Shown: positions 25,491-34,333, counted from the stretch's first letter. The stretch is 36,519 nt of DNA from Candidatus Omnitrophota bacterium (GCA_015233495.1 JADFXQ010000016.1:1-36519); one strand, 5' to 3'. Numbers and translations: made by a program. The notes: generated by a model not told the origin, from the letters alone.

Positions 25491-27843
25491 AAAATTCCTC
25501 CTGCTCTGTTTTAAAACCCAACCGCATTTTTAGGTTTAATATTTGCAAATCATCGGGGATCAGCGCGATCAACTTCTCCAGTTTCACCGCGTCTTTGTGA
25601 GTCGTAATTAATGTTTTTATCCCGACCGTCTGGCAAAAAGACACAATCTCTAGAATGTCCTGCTCCTGATAGGAATGATGATCCAAAAATGAAAAAAGCC
25701 GCGCGATTTTAACTCCAGTTTCCGCCAGAGTATTCTCAAAAGACGCCGGATCCGCGATCCCGCAAAACCCGACCGCTGTTTTTCCTTTCATACTAGTCAA
25801 GGGTATGTCCTTGCCCGAACGCAAATCCGCAAATGCCTCCGCAATATGATTTGTCTGATAAACCGGACGACCCGGTGCCAACCCAGCCAACCAGGAATAA
25901 ATCTCTGGAATATTATTTTGGCCGGCAGCGCATTTCGTTAGAACAAAACAATCCGCCCTTTTCAGCCCAGATAGCGGCTCCCGTAACAAACCCCGGGGAA
26001 TCACCGCGCCGAATCCCCAGGGATTGGTCGCGTCAATCACCACAATATCAAAATCCCGGCACAAACGCCAATGCTGAAATCCATCATCTAAAAGAAAAAC
26101 ATCCGGTCTGGCTTCCCGCAAAAAACCGGCGGCTTGACCCGCGCGGTCCGGCCCGACTAAAACCGGAACGCCCGGCAATTTTTCCCGCAACATCCGCGCT
26201 TCATCCGCTTCGCGGTCAGCATCGTGACCCGGCCCCTGATAACCCCGCGTCAAAATAACCGGCTTCAATCCGCGATTTTTAAATTCCGCGGCTACCAAGG
26301 CGACTAAAGGGGTTTTTCCCGTCCCGCCCATGGTCATATTCCCTATACTGATGACCGAACAAGGAATCTTTTGTTTACGCAATAATCCCCAGCCATATGC
26401 TAAGAGAATCAAACGCACCGCCAACGTGTATCCCCAAGAACAAAACAGCAAAAATAATTTTATAATCTCGATCCCTGGCCCGGCGCTTTCGCCCTTGACA
26501 ACTTGCAATAAAAAGCCCATCCCTTTATCCTGCTTACCCTCGCGCCTTGAGCTCCGAGCCTTACGCCAATCCTCCCCCTTGAACCTTGAGACTCTAGACT
26601 TAAGCAAACTATCCAATTCTTGCAGGGTTCTTTCCGTAGCCCCGCGGTTGTCGCAAATCGTTTTTACCGCGGATTGCCGAACCCTTGCATAAAGGTTTTT
26701 ATCGCTTAAAATCTGCGCCATTTTCCAAAAGAGTTCTTCCGGGGAATTGACCTGAATAACCGCCTGATTCGCTAATAAAACCCGCATCACATCTTTAAAA
26801 TTGCCCGTAAGCGGGCCAACGAAAGTCGGCTTTCCCAAAGCGGCCGGTTCAATCATATTCTGCCCGCCTCCTACCATGAATGTCTTACCGATAAACACAA
26901 TGTGACTAATCGCGTAAAAATCCTTCAGAACCCCGATTTGATCAACCACCAAAACATCCGCCGGATCCAATGACCCCGCCCGTTTGGAAAACAGCGCCGG
27001 ATTGTATCCGCATTTGCGGACTATATCAGCAACCGCAGCCGCGCGTTCAATGTGGCGCGGAACAATCACCAAGCGCAGCCGGCCAAATTTACCAACCAGA
27101 TTTTTAAAAACCGACAGAACGATCTCTTCTTCCCCGGGATGCGTGCTGCCCGCCGTAAAAATTTGTTCGCCGGGCGCATAGCCAAAATCCGCCAAAGCGG
27201 CCGGCCGCGGTTCAGGCGGAAGATCGAATTTCAGATTCCCCGTCACCAAAACTTGACCGGGGTTCGCGCCTAAAGTCATAATTCTGCGCCCGTCTTCTTC
27301 GCTCTGCATACAGAATTTCGCGACCTCACCGATTATTCCTTGAAACAAAAACCGCCAGCGGCGATATCCTTGATAAGTTTTATCGGAAATCCGGCCATTA
27401 ATCTGCGCAATCGGAATTCCCGAGCGATGCAACGCCCAATAAAGGTTTGGCCAAATTTCCGTTTCTGCGGCAATGTAAATCACTGGACGGATACGGCGGA
27501 TAAATATACGGACAATCAAGCTCAAATCCAAAGGGCTGTATATAACCACGGCCTCATCTTTAAAATGCCGGCAGGCGATTTCGTGTCCCGTCCGGGTGAC
27601 GGTCGACACTACCAGCCCGTACTCGGGATATTTTTGCTTGATAGCGCGGGCCAATTGAATCACCGCCGTTACTTCCCCGACGCTTACCGCGTGAATCCAA
27701 ATGTTCTCCTTCTGGAGAAAAACCCCGGGGGAAAAACAACCCAACCTTTGCATATATCCCTTATGCCATTTACGCTTAATCAGAATGTACGGGAAATAGG
27801 CAAGGGCAAAAATCCCGAAAAGCATATCGTAGATAATAAACAT
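25459..27843 (-). CDS. waaA-lpxK: Kdo transferase WaaA (KdtA) fused to tetraacyldisaccharide 4'-kinase LpxK
   Basis: N-half IWIHAVSVGEV, ETEIWPN, TGNLKFD, AGSTHPGEE, VPRHIER, GGQNMIEPA; C-half SIGNMTMGGTGKTP, LTRGY, LDDGFQH, PRGLLREP, FLDHH, TTHKDAVK. Start set at ATG 27843 to avoid overlap with xerC. Confidence 0.9.
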   Translation of the reverse strand: MFIIYDMLFGIFALAYFPYILIKRKWHKGYMQRLGCFSPGVFLQKENIWIHAVSVGEVTAVIQLARAIKQKYPEYGLVVSTVTRTGHEIACRHFKDEAVVIYSPLDLSLIVRIFIRRIRPVIYIAAETEIWPNLYWALHRSGIPIAQINGRISDKTYQGYRRWRFLFQGIIGEVAKFCMQSEEDGRRIMTLGANPGQVLVTGNLKFDLPPEPRPAALADFGYAPGEQIFTAGSTHPGEEEIVLSVFKNLVGKFGRLRLVIVPRHIERAAAVADIVRKCGYNPALFSKRAGSLDPADVLVVDQIGVLKDFYAISHIVFIGKTFMVGGGQNMIEPAALGKPTFVGPLTGNFKDVMRVLLANQAVIQVNSPEELFWKMAQILSDKNLYARVRQSAVKTICDNRGATERTLQELDSLLKSRVSRFKGEDWRKARSSRREGKQDKGMGFLLQVVKGESAGPGIEIIKLFLLFCSWGYTLAVRLILLAYGWGLLRKQKIPCSVISIGNMTMGGTGKTPLVALVAAEFKNRGLKPVILTRGYQGPGHDADREADEARMLREKLPGVPVLVGPDRAGQAAGFLREARPDVFLLDDGFQHWRLCRDFDIVVIDATNPWGFGAVIPRGLLREPLSGLKRADCFVLTKCAAGQNNIPEIYSWLAGLAPGRPVYQTNHIAEAFADLRSGKDIPLTSMKGKTAVGFCGIADPASFENTLAETGVKIARLFSFLDHHSYQEQDILEIVSFCQTVGIKTLITTHKDAVKLEKLIALIPDDLQILNLKMRLGFKTEQEEFFERLRVVLSR
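26539..26605. repeat. CTCGAG-family heptamer repeats forming the WaaA-LpxK linker
   Basis: ctcgcgc-cttgagc-tccgagc-cttacgc (26539-26566) and cttgaac-cttgaga-ctctaga-cttaagc (26578-26605). Confidence 0.65.
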
Positions 27844-27868
27844 ATTTAACCAATTTTGGATGACCTGT

Positions 27869-28729
27869 TCAGGCCCGCGGGTGCGCCGCGTCATAAACTT
27901 TTTTCAAATGTTCTGTGGTCATATGCGTGTAAATTTGCGTGGTGGACAGACTCGCGTGGCCCAGCAATTCCTGGACGCCGCGCAAGTCCGCGCCCCGGTC
28001 CAATAAATGCGTAGCAAAAGAATGCCGCAGCGTATGCGGCGAAACATTTTTTTGCACCGCGGTATGCAGGATATGCTTATGGACAATCATCCGGACGCCG
28101 CGATCAGTTAACCGTCCGCCATGATTATTCAAAAATACCGCCGCGGATTCGCCCCGGCAACCCTCGAGATAAACTTTGATCGCTTCCACCGCTTGATTGC
28201 CAATCGGCACGAGCCTCTCTTTTTTTCCTTTGCCGCGGACCTTGACAATATTGCCGATCAAATCCACGTCTTCTTGATTTAAGCCTACCAACTCACTGAC
28301 CCGGATCCCCGTGCTGTACAGCGTTTCTAAAATCGCCCGATCGCGTATTCCGCCGGGCTGAGCGGCGTTCGGGGTTTCGATAAATTTTACCACATCTTCC
28401 TCCGATAAAAATTTAGGAAGTGATTTATCTAATTTGGGAGTCAAAAGCAACACGGCCGGATTATTTTTGATCAGGCCTTCTTTTTGAAGGAATTTGAAAA
28501 AACTCCGTAAGGCAGAAGATTTCCGGGCTAAGGTGCGGGGTTTATGGCCGCGGTCACGCAAATGCGCCAGAAAACGGCGTAACAACAGATAATCCACTGC
28601 CTCCATTGTCTCAATGTTCCCAAACGCGAAAAATTCTTCGAGATCAAGCCGGTAATTTACAATAGTGTGAACGGAATAATTCTTTTCTACCTCGAGATAA
28701 CGGATAAATTTTTCAAGGTAGCGGTTCAT
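27869..28729 (-). CDS. xerC: Tyrosine recombinase XerC
   Basis: YSVHTIVNY, RDRAILETLYSTGIRVSEL, GKGKKER, SPHTLRHSFATHLL, LLGHASLSTTQIYTH; dprA-topA-xerC context. Confidence 0.9.
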   Translation of the reverse strand: MNRYLEKFIRYLEVEKNYSVHTIVNYRLDLEEFFAFGNIETMEAVDYLLLRRFLAHLRDRGHKPRTLARKSSALRSFFKFLQKEGLIKNNPAVLLLTPKLDKSLPKFLSEEDVVKFIETPNAAQPGGIRDRAILETLYSTGIRVSELVGLNQEDVDLIGNIVKVRGKGKKERLVPIGNQAVEAIKVYLEGCRGESAAVFLNNHGGRLTDRGVRMIVHKHILHTAVQKNVSPHTLRHSFATHLLDRGADLRGVQELLGHASLSTTQIYTHMTTEHLKKVYDAAHPRA

Positions 28730-28736
28730 AAATAGT

Positions 28737-28785
28737 CTCAAGGGTCAAGGGTCCGGGCTCGAGACTCGAGGCTCTAGGCTCGAGG
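28737..28785. repeat. Seven tandem CTCGAG-family heptamers spanning the topA stop
   Basis: ctcaagg-gtcaagg-gtccggg-ctcgaga-ctcgagg-ctctagg-ctcgagg. Confidence 0.85.
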
Positions 28786-30762
28786 GGAACTTGCTTCGTC
28801 CTCTGCTTTCTTGGCAGGGAGATCATTTGATATGAAAGTGCATTCCGGATAACGGCTGCATCCGTAAAAATATTGTCCCCATTTCGACCGGCGGCGGATC
28901 AATTCGCCCGCGCATCCCGGATTTAGGCATTTCACGCCGGAGGTTAAAGCCTCCGCGTGGCGGCAGGCCGGAAACCCGGAACAACTTAAAAATTTACCGC
29001 GGCGTCCCCATTTCTCAACCAGGGGACGCTCGCATAAAGGACATTTTTTATCCAAAAAGTTTTCCGTCTTCACAATTCCCGCGTCAGCGCGTTTCAACTC
29101 TTCTTGAAACGGCGCATAAAATTCTCCCAGTAATTTGGGATAGAGAACCGCTCCGGACTCTACCTCATCTAAATTCTCTTCCATTTTCGCGGTAAACCCC
29201 ACATCCATTTCCCGTCCAAAATGCTGAACGAGCAAATCACACACCGTAATTCCCAACTCGGTCGGCGTAAAATACCCGCGGTCGCGCAACACATAGTTGC
29301 GCAGCACCAAAGTTTGAATAATCGAAGCATACGTGCTCGGCCGGCCAATGCCGTATTCTTCCAAAATTTTAACCAAACTCGCGTCGGAAAAACGCGGCGG
29401 CGGCTTCGTGAAATGCTGGGTGGGTTTAACCTCCAATAAAGTCAAGCGGTCATCTTTTTCATAATGGGAAAAATCAATGCGGGTCTCTTCCTCGCGCGCT
29501 TCGCGGTCCACGGTTAAAAAACCGTCAAAAACCAAGGTAGAACCCGACGCGCCTAAGCCGTATTTTCCGGCCTCGATTTCGATTTTCTTCTGCTCATACA
29601 CCGCCGGGGTCATCTGGGAGCAGACAAAACGCGCGAAAATCAAGCTATAGAGTTTATATTGATCCTCATCCAAATATTTAGCGATGTCCTTCGGTTTTAA
29701 CAAAATATCCGTCGGACGAATCGCTTCGTGCGCTTCCTGCGCGCTTTTGCGGGATTTATATTGATTGGGTTCCGCTGGGCAATAATCCGCTCCGTAAGTT
29801 TTGTCAATAAATTCCCTAAGTTTAATCAGCGCCTGCTGCGAAATGTTCACCGAATCCGTACGCATATAGGTGATCAAACCAAATACTTCCCCGCCGCCTA
29901 ACTCAATACCCTCATACAATTCCTGAGCTACCCGCATAGTCCGGGCGGCGTTAAACCGCAATTGGTTGAACGCTTCCTGCTGCAAAGTGCTGGTAATAAA
30001 GGGAGCAGACGGATTACGCTTCACACTGCGGCTGGTGACTTTAGAGACGACAAATTCCGCTTCTCGCAAATCCCCGGCTATGGATTGGGCTTGGGCCGCG
30101 TCGACCATTTCGATCTTGGCCCCATCCGATTTTTCCAAACTCGCGGTCAAGATATCGTCATACCCTGATTTTTTCAGGTCAACGGCAATTTGCCAATATT
30201 CTTGCGGATTAAACGCCTTGATTTCCCGTTCCCGTTCGACCAAAATCCGCAAAGCCACGGACTGCACCCGGCCGGCGCTCAAGCGCGACCCCACTTTTTT
30301 CCATAACAACGGGCTGATCTGATAACCAACGATCCGGTCGAGAATACGGCGCGCAACTTGGGCGTTGATTTTGTTTTCATCAAAATCCCGCGGCGTTTTA
30401 AACGCCTCCAAAATCGCGTCTTTAGTGATCTCTTGAAAGCTCACCCGGTAAATTTTTTTATTTTTTCCGATATGCTGAACTAAGTTCCAGCCGATCGCTT
30501 CTCCTTCCCGGTCAGGATCGGTAGCCACAAAAATGTCCTTCGCGGTTTTTGTCTCCGCCTTCAATTTTGACATCAACTTCATCTTACTGCGCACCACGAT
30601 AAAATCCGGCGCGAAATTGTTGTCAATGTCCACGCCCAGACGCGCCTTGGGCAAATCGACCAGATGTCCCATCGAAGAAAGGACTTTAAATTTGCTCCCC
30701 AAAATTTTGCTGATGGTCTTCACTTTTGTCGGAGATTCGACAATAACGACAGACTTAACCAT
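28774..30762 (-). CDS. topA: DNA topoisomerase I
   Basis: IVESPTK, ATDPDREGEAI, SAGRVQS, ITYMRTDS, AQEAHEAIRPT, GIGRPSTYA, two C-terminal zinc ribbons. Confidence 0.97.
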   Translation of the reverse strand: MVKSVVIVESPTKVKTISKILGSKFKVLSSMGHLVDLPKARLGVDIDNNFAPDFIVVRSKMKLMSKLKAETKTAKDIFVATDPDREGEAIGWNLVQHIGKNKKIYRVSFQEITKDAILEAFKTPRDFDENKINAQVARRILDRIVGYQISPLLWKKVGSRLSAGRVQSVALRILVEREREIKAFNPQEYWQIAVDLKKSGYDDILTASLEKSDGAKIEMVDAAQAQSIAGDLREAEFVVSKVTSRSVKRNPSAPFITSTLQQEAFNQLRFNAARTMRVAQELYEGIELGGGEVFGLITYMRTDSVNISQQALIKLREFIDKTYGADYCPAEPNQYKSRKSAQEAHEAIRPTDILLKPKDIAKYLDEDQYKLYSLIFARFVCSQMTPAVYEQKKIEIEAGKYGLGASGSTLVFDGFLTVDREAREEETRIDFSHYEKDDRLTLLEVKPTQHFTKPPPRFSDASLVKILEEYGIGRPSTYASIIQTLVLRNYVLRDRGYFTPTELGITVCDLLVQHFGREMDVGFTAKMEENLDEVESGAVLYPKLLGEFYAPFQEELKRADAGIVKTENFLDKKCPLCERPLVEKWGRRGKFLSCSGFPACRHAEALTSGVKCLNPGCAGELIRRRSKWGQYFYGCSRYPECTFISNDLPAKKAEDEASSPRA

Positions 30763-31882
30763 GATCGATTCCCTTTAATTTTATATAATAGTTCCCGGGC
30801 CGCGCCTGGATGATTTTTTTGCGTTCCAAAGACAATAACGTCAACGCGATCTCTCCCGCGGCTTTACCCCGCTGCGCCGCCAAAAATTCCAATGATAACG
30901 GCTGCTTCCCCAACAAAGCGCACAGCGCCTGCTCCTCAGCCGATAATTGCGGGGTCCCATCAATACCGCAAGTTGGATCCGGCGCCAAAAACGCTGGAGC
31001 CCCGCTGTGCAAATGCGGCTGTAAATCTTCCAAAATATCCTCAACACTCGTGGTAAGTTTCGCCCCTTCTTTAATTAAACGGTTCGTGCCCTTGGCAAAT
31101 GGATTATCCACGGTGCCGGGAACCGCATAAACTTCCCGGCCTTGCTCCAAAGCGGTATCAGCCGTGATCAAAGCGCCGCTGCGATCTGCCGCTTCGACAA
31201 CAATCACCCCTAAAGACAAACCGCTGATGATCCGGTTGCGCCGCGGAAAATTCCCAGGAAGCGGTTCCCGGCTCATCGGAAATTCTGAAATCACCGCGCC
31301 TTGTTTCATGACCGCGGAGAATAATGCCGCGTTTTCCGGCGGATAAATATGCGACAGTCCACAGCCCAGAACACCTACCGTAAATCCTCCGGCCGCTAAA
31401 GCCCCGCGGTGAGCCGCGCTGTCCACGCCGCGCGCCAAACCGGAGACAACCGCAATCCCGCACTCCGCCAACCGTCCGGAAAATTGCCGGGCCATGGACA
31501 AACCATACACCGACGCGCGGCGTGACCCGACCACCCCGACCGCTGGCGCAGCCAAATCCAAAGATTTTCCGCGCACATAGAGCACCGGCGGAAAGTCAGG
31601 AATTTCCCGCAATATCGAAGGATATTCATCGTCCAGATACGTGACAACGCGGGCGGAAAAACGATTGATAAGATTATATTCGGATTTTAAAAAATTGTCT
31701 TGTGAAAACTTGAGAATATTAGCGGCAATTCCCGACGGCAGAATCGCGGCGTCGGCTAATTCTGGCAGGGTCAAATTGAAAACACGGACAGCCGATCCGA
31801 AATGCTCGCTGAGCTTACGTATCCGCGCGCTGCCTAACCCGTCCACCGCATTTAATGCGACCAAAGCTTCCTGTTCCGTCAT
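30755..31882 (-). CDS. dprA: DNA-processing protein DprA
   Basis: PPVLYVRG, VVGSRRAS, VSGLARGVD, FPRRNRIISGLS, SGALITA, GTNRLIKEGA, C-terminal winged helix; start ATG 31882 coupled to the aroK stop. Confidence 0.95.
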   Translation of the reverse strand: MTEQEALVALNAVDGLGSARIRKLSEHFGSAVRVFNLTLPELADAAILPSGIAANILKFSQDNFLKSEYNLINRFSARVVTYLDDEYPSILREIPDFPPVLYVRGKSLDLAAPAVGVVGSRRASVYGLSMARQFSGRLAECGIAVVSGLARGVDSAAHRGALAAGGFTVGVLGCGLSHIYPPENAALFSAVMKQGAVISEFPMSREPLPGNFPRRNRIISGLSLGVIVVEAADRSGALITADTALEQGREVYAVPGTVDNPFAKGTNRLIKEGAKLTTSVEDILEDLQPHLHSGAPAFLAPDPTCGIDGTPQLSAEEQALCALLGKQPLSLEFLAAQRGKAAGEIALTLLSLERKKIIQARPGNYYIKLKGIDHG

Positions 31883-32385
31883 CAGCAAATAACCTTCAAA
31901 ATTTCCTGGGTGATCCATTCGATCGAACGACGATCCGTGTCTAATATAATATCAGCTTTTTCGTAAAATGGCTGTCTTTTTTTCAAGAGCTCCCGGATGG
32001 CCGCCAAAGGATCAGCGACTCTCAATAAAGGCCTGTGAGTCTGGCCTTTAACACATTCATAAATAAATTCCGCTGACGCCTTCAGATAAATTAATGTCCC
32101 CTTACCCTTAAGCGCGGCCACATTTTCCGGATCCAAAACCACCCCGCCGCCGCAGTCAATGATACGGCCCGGACAACCGGAAATCTCCCGCACCACCTGA
32201 GATTCAACCAAGCGAAAATACGGTTCCCCGCGCTGCGCGAAAATATCCGCAATTTTTTTGCCTTCCCGGGCCTCGATCAAATCATCGGTTGATACCAACT
32301 CCCGCTTTAAAATCCCGGCAAGTTGACGCGCTACGCTTGATTTCCCGGCGCCCATAAAACCAACCAGAACGATATTTTTTGTCAT
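31882..32385 (-). CDS. aroK: Shikimate kinase
   Basis: NIVLVGFMGAGKS, GEPYFR, CGGGVV, RPLL. Start uncertain (ATG 32385 or 32406, both inside the repeat). Confidence 0.93.
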   Translation of the reverse strand: MTKNIVLVGFMGAGKSSVARQLAGILKRELVSTDDLIEAREGKKIADIFAQRGEPYFRLVESQVVREISGCPGRIIDCGGGVVLDPENVAALKGKGTLIYLKASAEFIYECVKGQTHRPLLRVADPLAAIRELLKKRQPFYEKADIILDTDRRSIEWITQEILKVIC

Positions 32386-32411
32386 TTGAGCTTTGTCATT
32401 TGTCATTACTT
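32377..32411. repeat. AATGACA-type 7-bp tandem repeat at the pilD stop / aroK start
   Basis: Minus strand AAGTAATGACAAATGACAAAGCTCAAATGACAAAA. Confidence 0.8.
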
Positions 32412-33436
32412 TATCGTATTCCATATCCGCTCAAAATCCAAGCGATGAGGAGTTCACCATAAAAAAGACTGATCAGCGCGCCCAACACCAAAAACGGGCC
32501 ATAAGGGATCGCCGTATCTTTAGTACGCATTTTTTCAATTAACCCGAATACCGCGCCAAACAACGGCGCGATAAAAAAAGTCAAGACCGCCAACTTCCAG
32601 CCTAAAAACGCGCCCACCATGGCCAAAAGTTTAACATCGCCTCCCCCCATGGCTTCTTTCCGAAAAAGGATATATCCGATAAGACCCATCAAATAAATAA
32701 TCGCGCCGCCCACCAATGCGCCAATCAGCGCAGCGTCGACACTGGTCAAATAAGGAACAATCCAATCCCCGGTGGTGAAAACTTTGGTTGCCGCATAATA
32801 AAGACCCGCCTCCAGCGCGAACATTAAGGCAATCAGCAAGAAAAAACTCAAACTTTCCTGCCAAGAAGCCGGCGCGTCACCCGCATTTTCCTCTGAGCGA
32901 AAAAAACGTTCCACCCCAAACTCGATTACCACAACCGCGGCGCCCAAAATCCACATAAATACCCGGCCCCCGGATAACTGAGATGCTTCCATATGCATAT
33001 CCGGAGTCACCGCGCTGAACAGCAATCCTAAAATCATTCCACCTACGCTCACTTCATCCGGAATGATCCGATGACTGAAATCGACAAACGTAGCGACAAT
33101 AAAACACGAAATCATGAATAGATACGGCAAGAGTAACGGCGAAACCCCAAAACAACGAAAAATAAAAACAAACGCCGCCGCAGTGAGGAATTCAACAAAA
33201 AAATACCGGAAAGAAATCGGCGCCCGGCAATAACGGCATTTGCCTCCCAGCAAAAGATAACTCACGAACGGAATATTATCAAACCAAGGAATAAATTTTT
33301 CACATTGCACGCAATGCGACCGCGGCGCCACCACGGATTTTTCGCGGGGCAGTCGAACAATGCACACATTCAAAAAACTGCCGATCGCCGCGCCGAGGAT
33401 AAACATTGCAGTGTCGATAACTGTCCAATTCATCAT
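32411..33436 (-). CDS. pilD: Type IV prepilin peptidase / N-methyltransferase
   Basis: GSFLNVCIVRLP, RSHCVQC, GKCRYC, FVDFSHRIIPD, MGGGDVKL, IPYGPFL; start ATG 33436 overlaps the aroE stop (ATGA). Confidence 0.93.
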   Translation of the reverse strand: MMNWTVIDTAMFILGAAIGSFLNVCIVRLPREKSVVAPRSHCVQCEKFIPWFDNIPFVSYLLLGGKCRYCRAPISFRYFFVEFLTAAAFVFIFRCFGVSPLLLPYLFMISCFIVATFVDFSHRIIPDEVSVGGMILGLLFSAVTPDMHMEASQLSGGRVFMWILGAAVVVIEFGVERFFRSEENAGDAPASWQESLSFFLLIALMFALEAGLYYAATKVFTTGDWIVPYLTSVDAALIGALVGGAIIYLMGLIGYILFRKEAMGGGDVKLLAMVGAFLGWKLAVLTFFIAPLFGAVFGLIEKMRTKDTAIPYGPFLVLGALISLFYGELLIAWILSGYGIR

Positions 33437-34296
33437 ATAGCCTTCCCCTTCTCCAAAGCCTCCCGCATTAACTTCTTCACCGAGTCGTCCAACTGTAAAT
33501 CCGCCCAATGCTGGAAAGCCAACACGCCCTGATAATACAGCATGCCTAAACCATCCGCAGTTTTCGCGCCCCGGGCCTTGGCCATTTTCAACAATTTGGT
33601 TTCCCGGGGATTATAAATCAAATCATACACCAACATACCCGGTTGCATCATATCCGCTTCCACTAAAACCGGGTCAGTTGGTTTTAAACCGATCGGCGTG
33701 GCGTTGATTAAAAGATCCGCGTCCGGAATATTTAAATCATCGATCGAATGCACGACCTCAACCCTATCCATTTTTATCCGTCCACCCAAATCGCTGACCA
33801 ACATTTCCGTTTTTGCCGTGTCAACATCATACACGGTTAACCGCCGCGGCCGTTTTTCTAATAAACCCAATGCTCCGACAATCGCCCGGGCCGCGCCTCC
33901 CGCTCCGAGCAACGCGATCCGCCTGTCTGCAGGTTCAAATCCCAATTCCTGCAAATGCGCCAAAAACCCCGGCGCATCCGTATTATGCGCCGCCAAAGTC
34001 CGCTTTGGCGTAACCACCACCGTATTCACAGCCCGAATCTTCTCAACTAAGGGCGACACATGATCCATATATTTCAAAACCATCTCTTTATAAGGAACAG
34101 TCACATTAAACCCAAAAATCGGACTTTCCGCATCCTTTACCGCGGCAAAAAATCCCTCCAACTCGCTTTCCCTTAAAGGAAAAAGCTCATAACGCGCTTC
34201 CACACCCAAGGCCTCAAAAGCCGCGTTATGCATCAGCGGTGATAAACTGTGCCCGAGTGGATAACCCACTAATCCATAAGTTGTCCTATGTTCCAT
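33433..34296 (-). CDS. aroE: Shikimate dehydrogenase
   Basis: GYPLGHSLSPLMHN, NVTVPYK, AVNT, NTD, GAGGAARA, INATPIG, DGLGMLYYQG. Confidence 0.96.
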   Translation of the reverse strand: MEHRTTYGLVGYPLGHSLSPLMHNAAFEALGVEARYELFPLRESELEGFFAAVKDAESPIFGFNVTVPYKEMVLKYMDHVSPLVEKIRAVNTVVVTPKRTLAAHNTDAPGFLAHLQELGFEPADRRIALLGAGGAARAIVGALGLLEKRPRRLTVYDVDTAKTEMLVSDLGGRIKMDRVEVVHSIDDLNIPDADLLINATPIGLKPTDPVLVEADMMQPGMLVYDLIYNPRETKLLKMAKARGAKTADGLGMLYYQGVLAFQHWADLQLDDSVKKLMREALEKGKAI

Positions 34297-34333
34297 TTAA
34301 TAACGCCTTTCCTCGAAGACCTCTCCTATAGCC

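Noticed and set aside
27869..28729. Tyrosine recombinase as a possible island or prophage integrase
   Set aside because: XerC-like size and motifs in the conserved dprA-topA-xerC context; no att sites, tRNA or phage genes.
5594..28785. Heptamer arrays as CRISPR or DGR repeats
   Set aside because: No repeat-spacer structure, cas genes, reverse transcriptase or template/variable repeat pair in the window.
2345..33508. N-terminal extensions in the ORF track for uppS, clpP, lptC-A, higA, waaA, dprA, aroK and pilD
   Set aside because: They overlap upstream genes or a terminator and lack family similarity; downstream starts fit ribosome-binding sites or stop-start coupling better.
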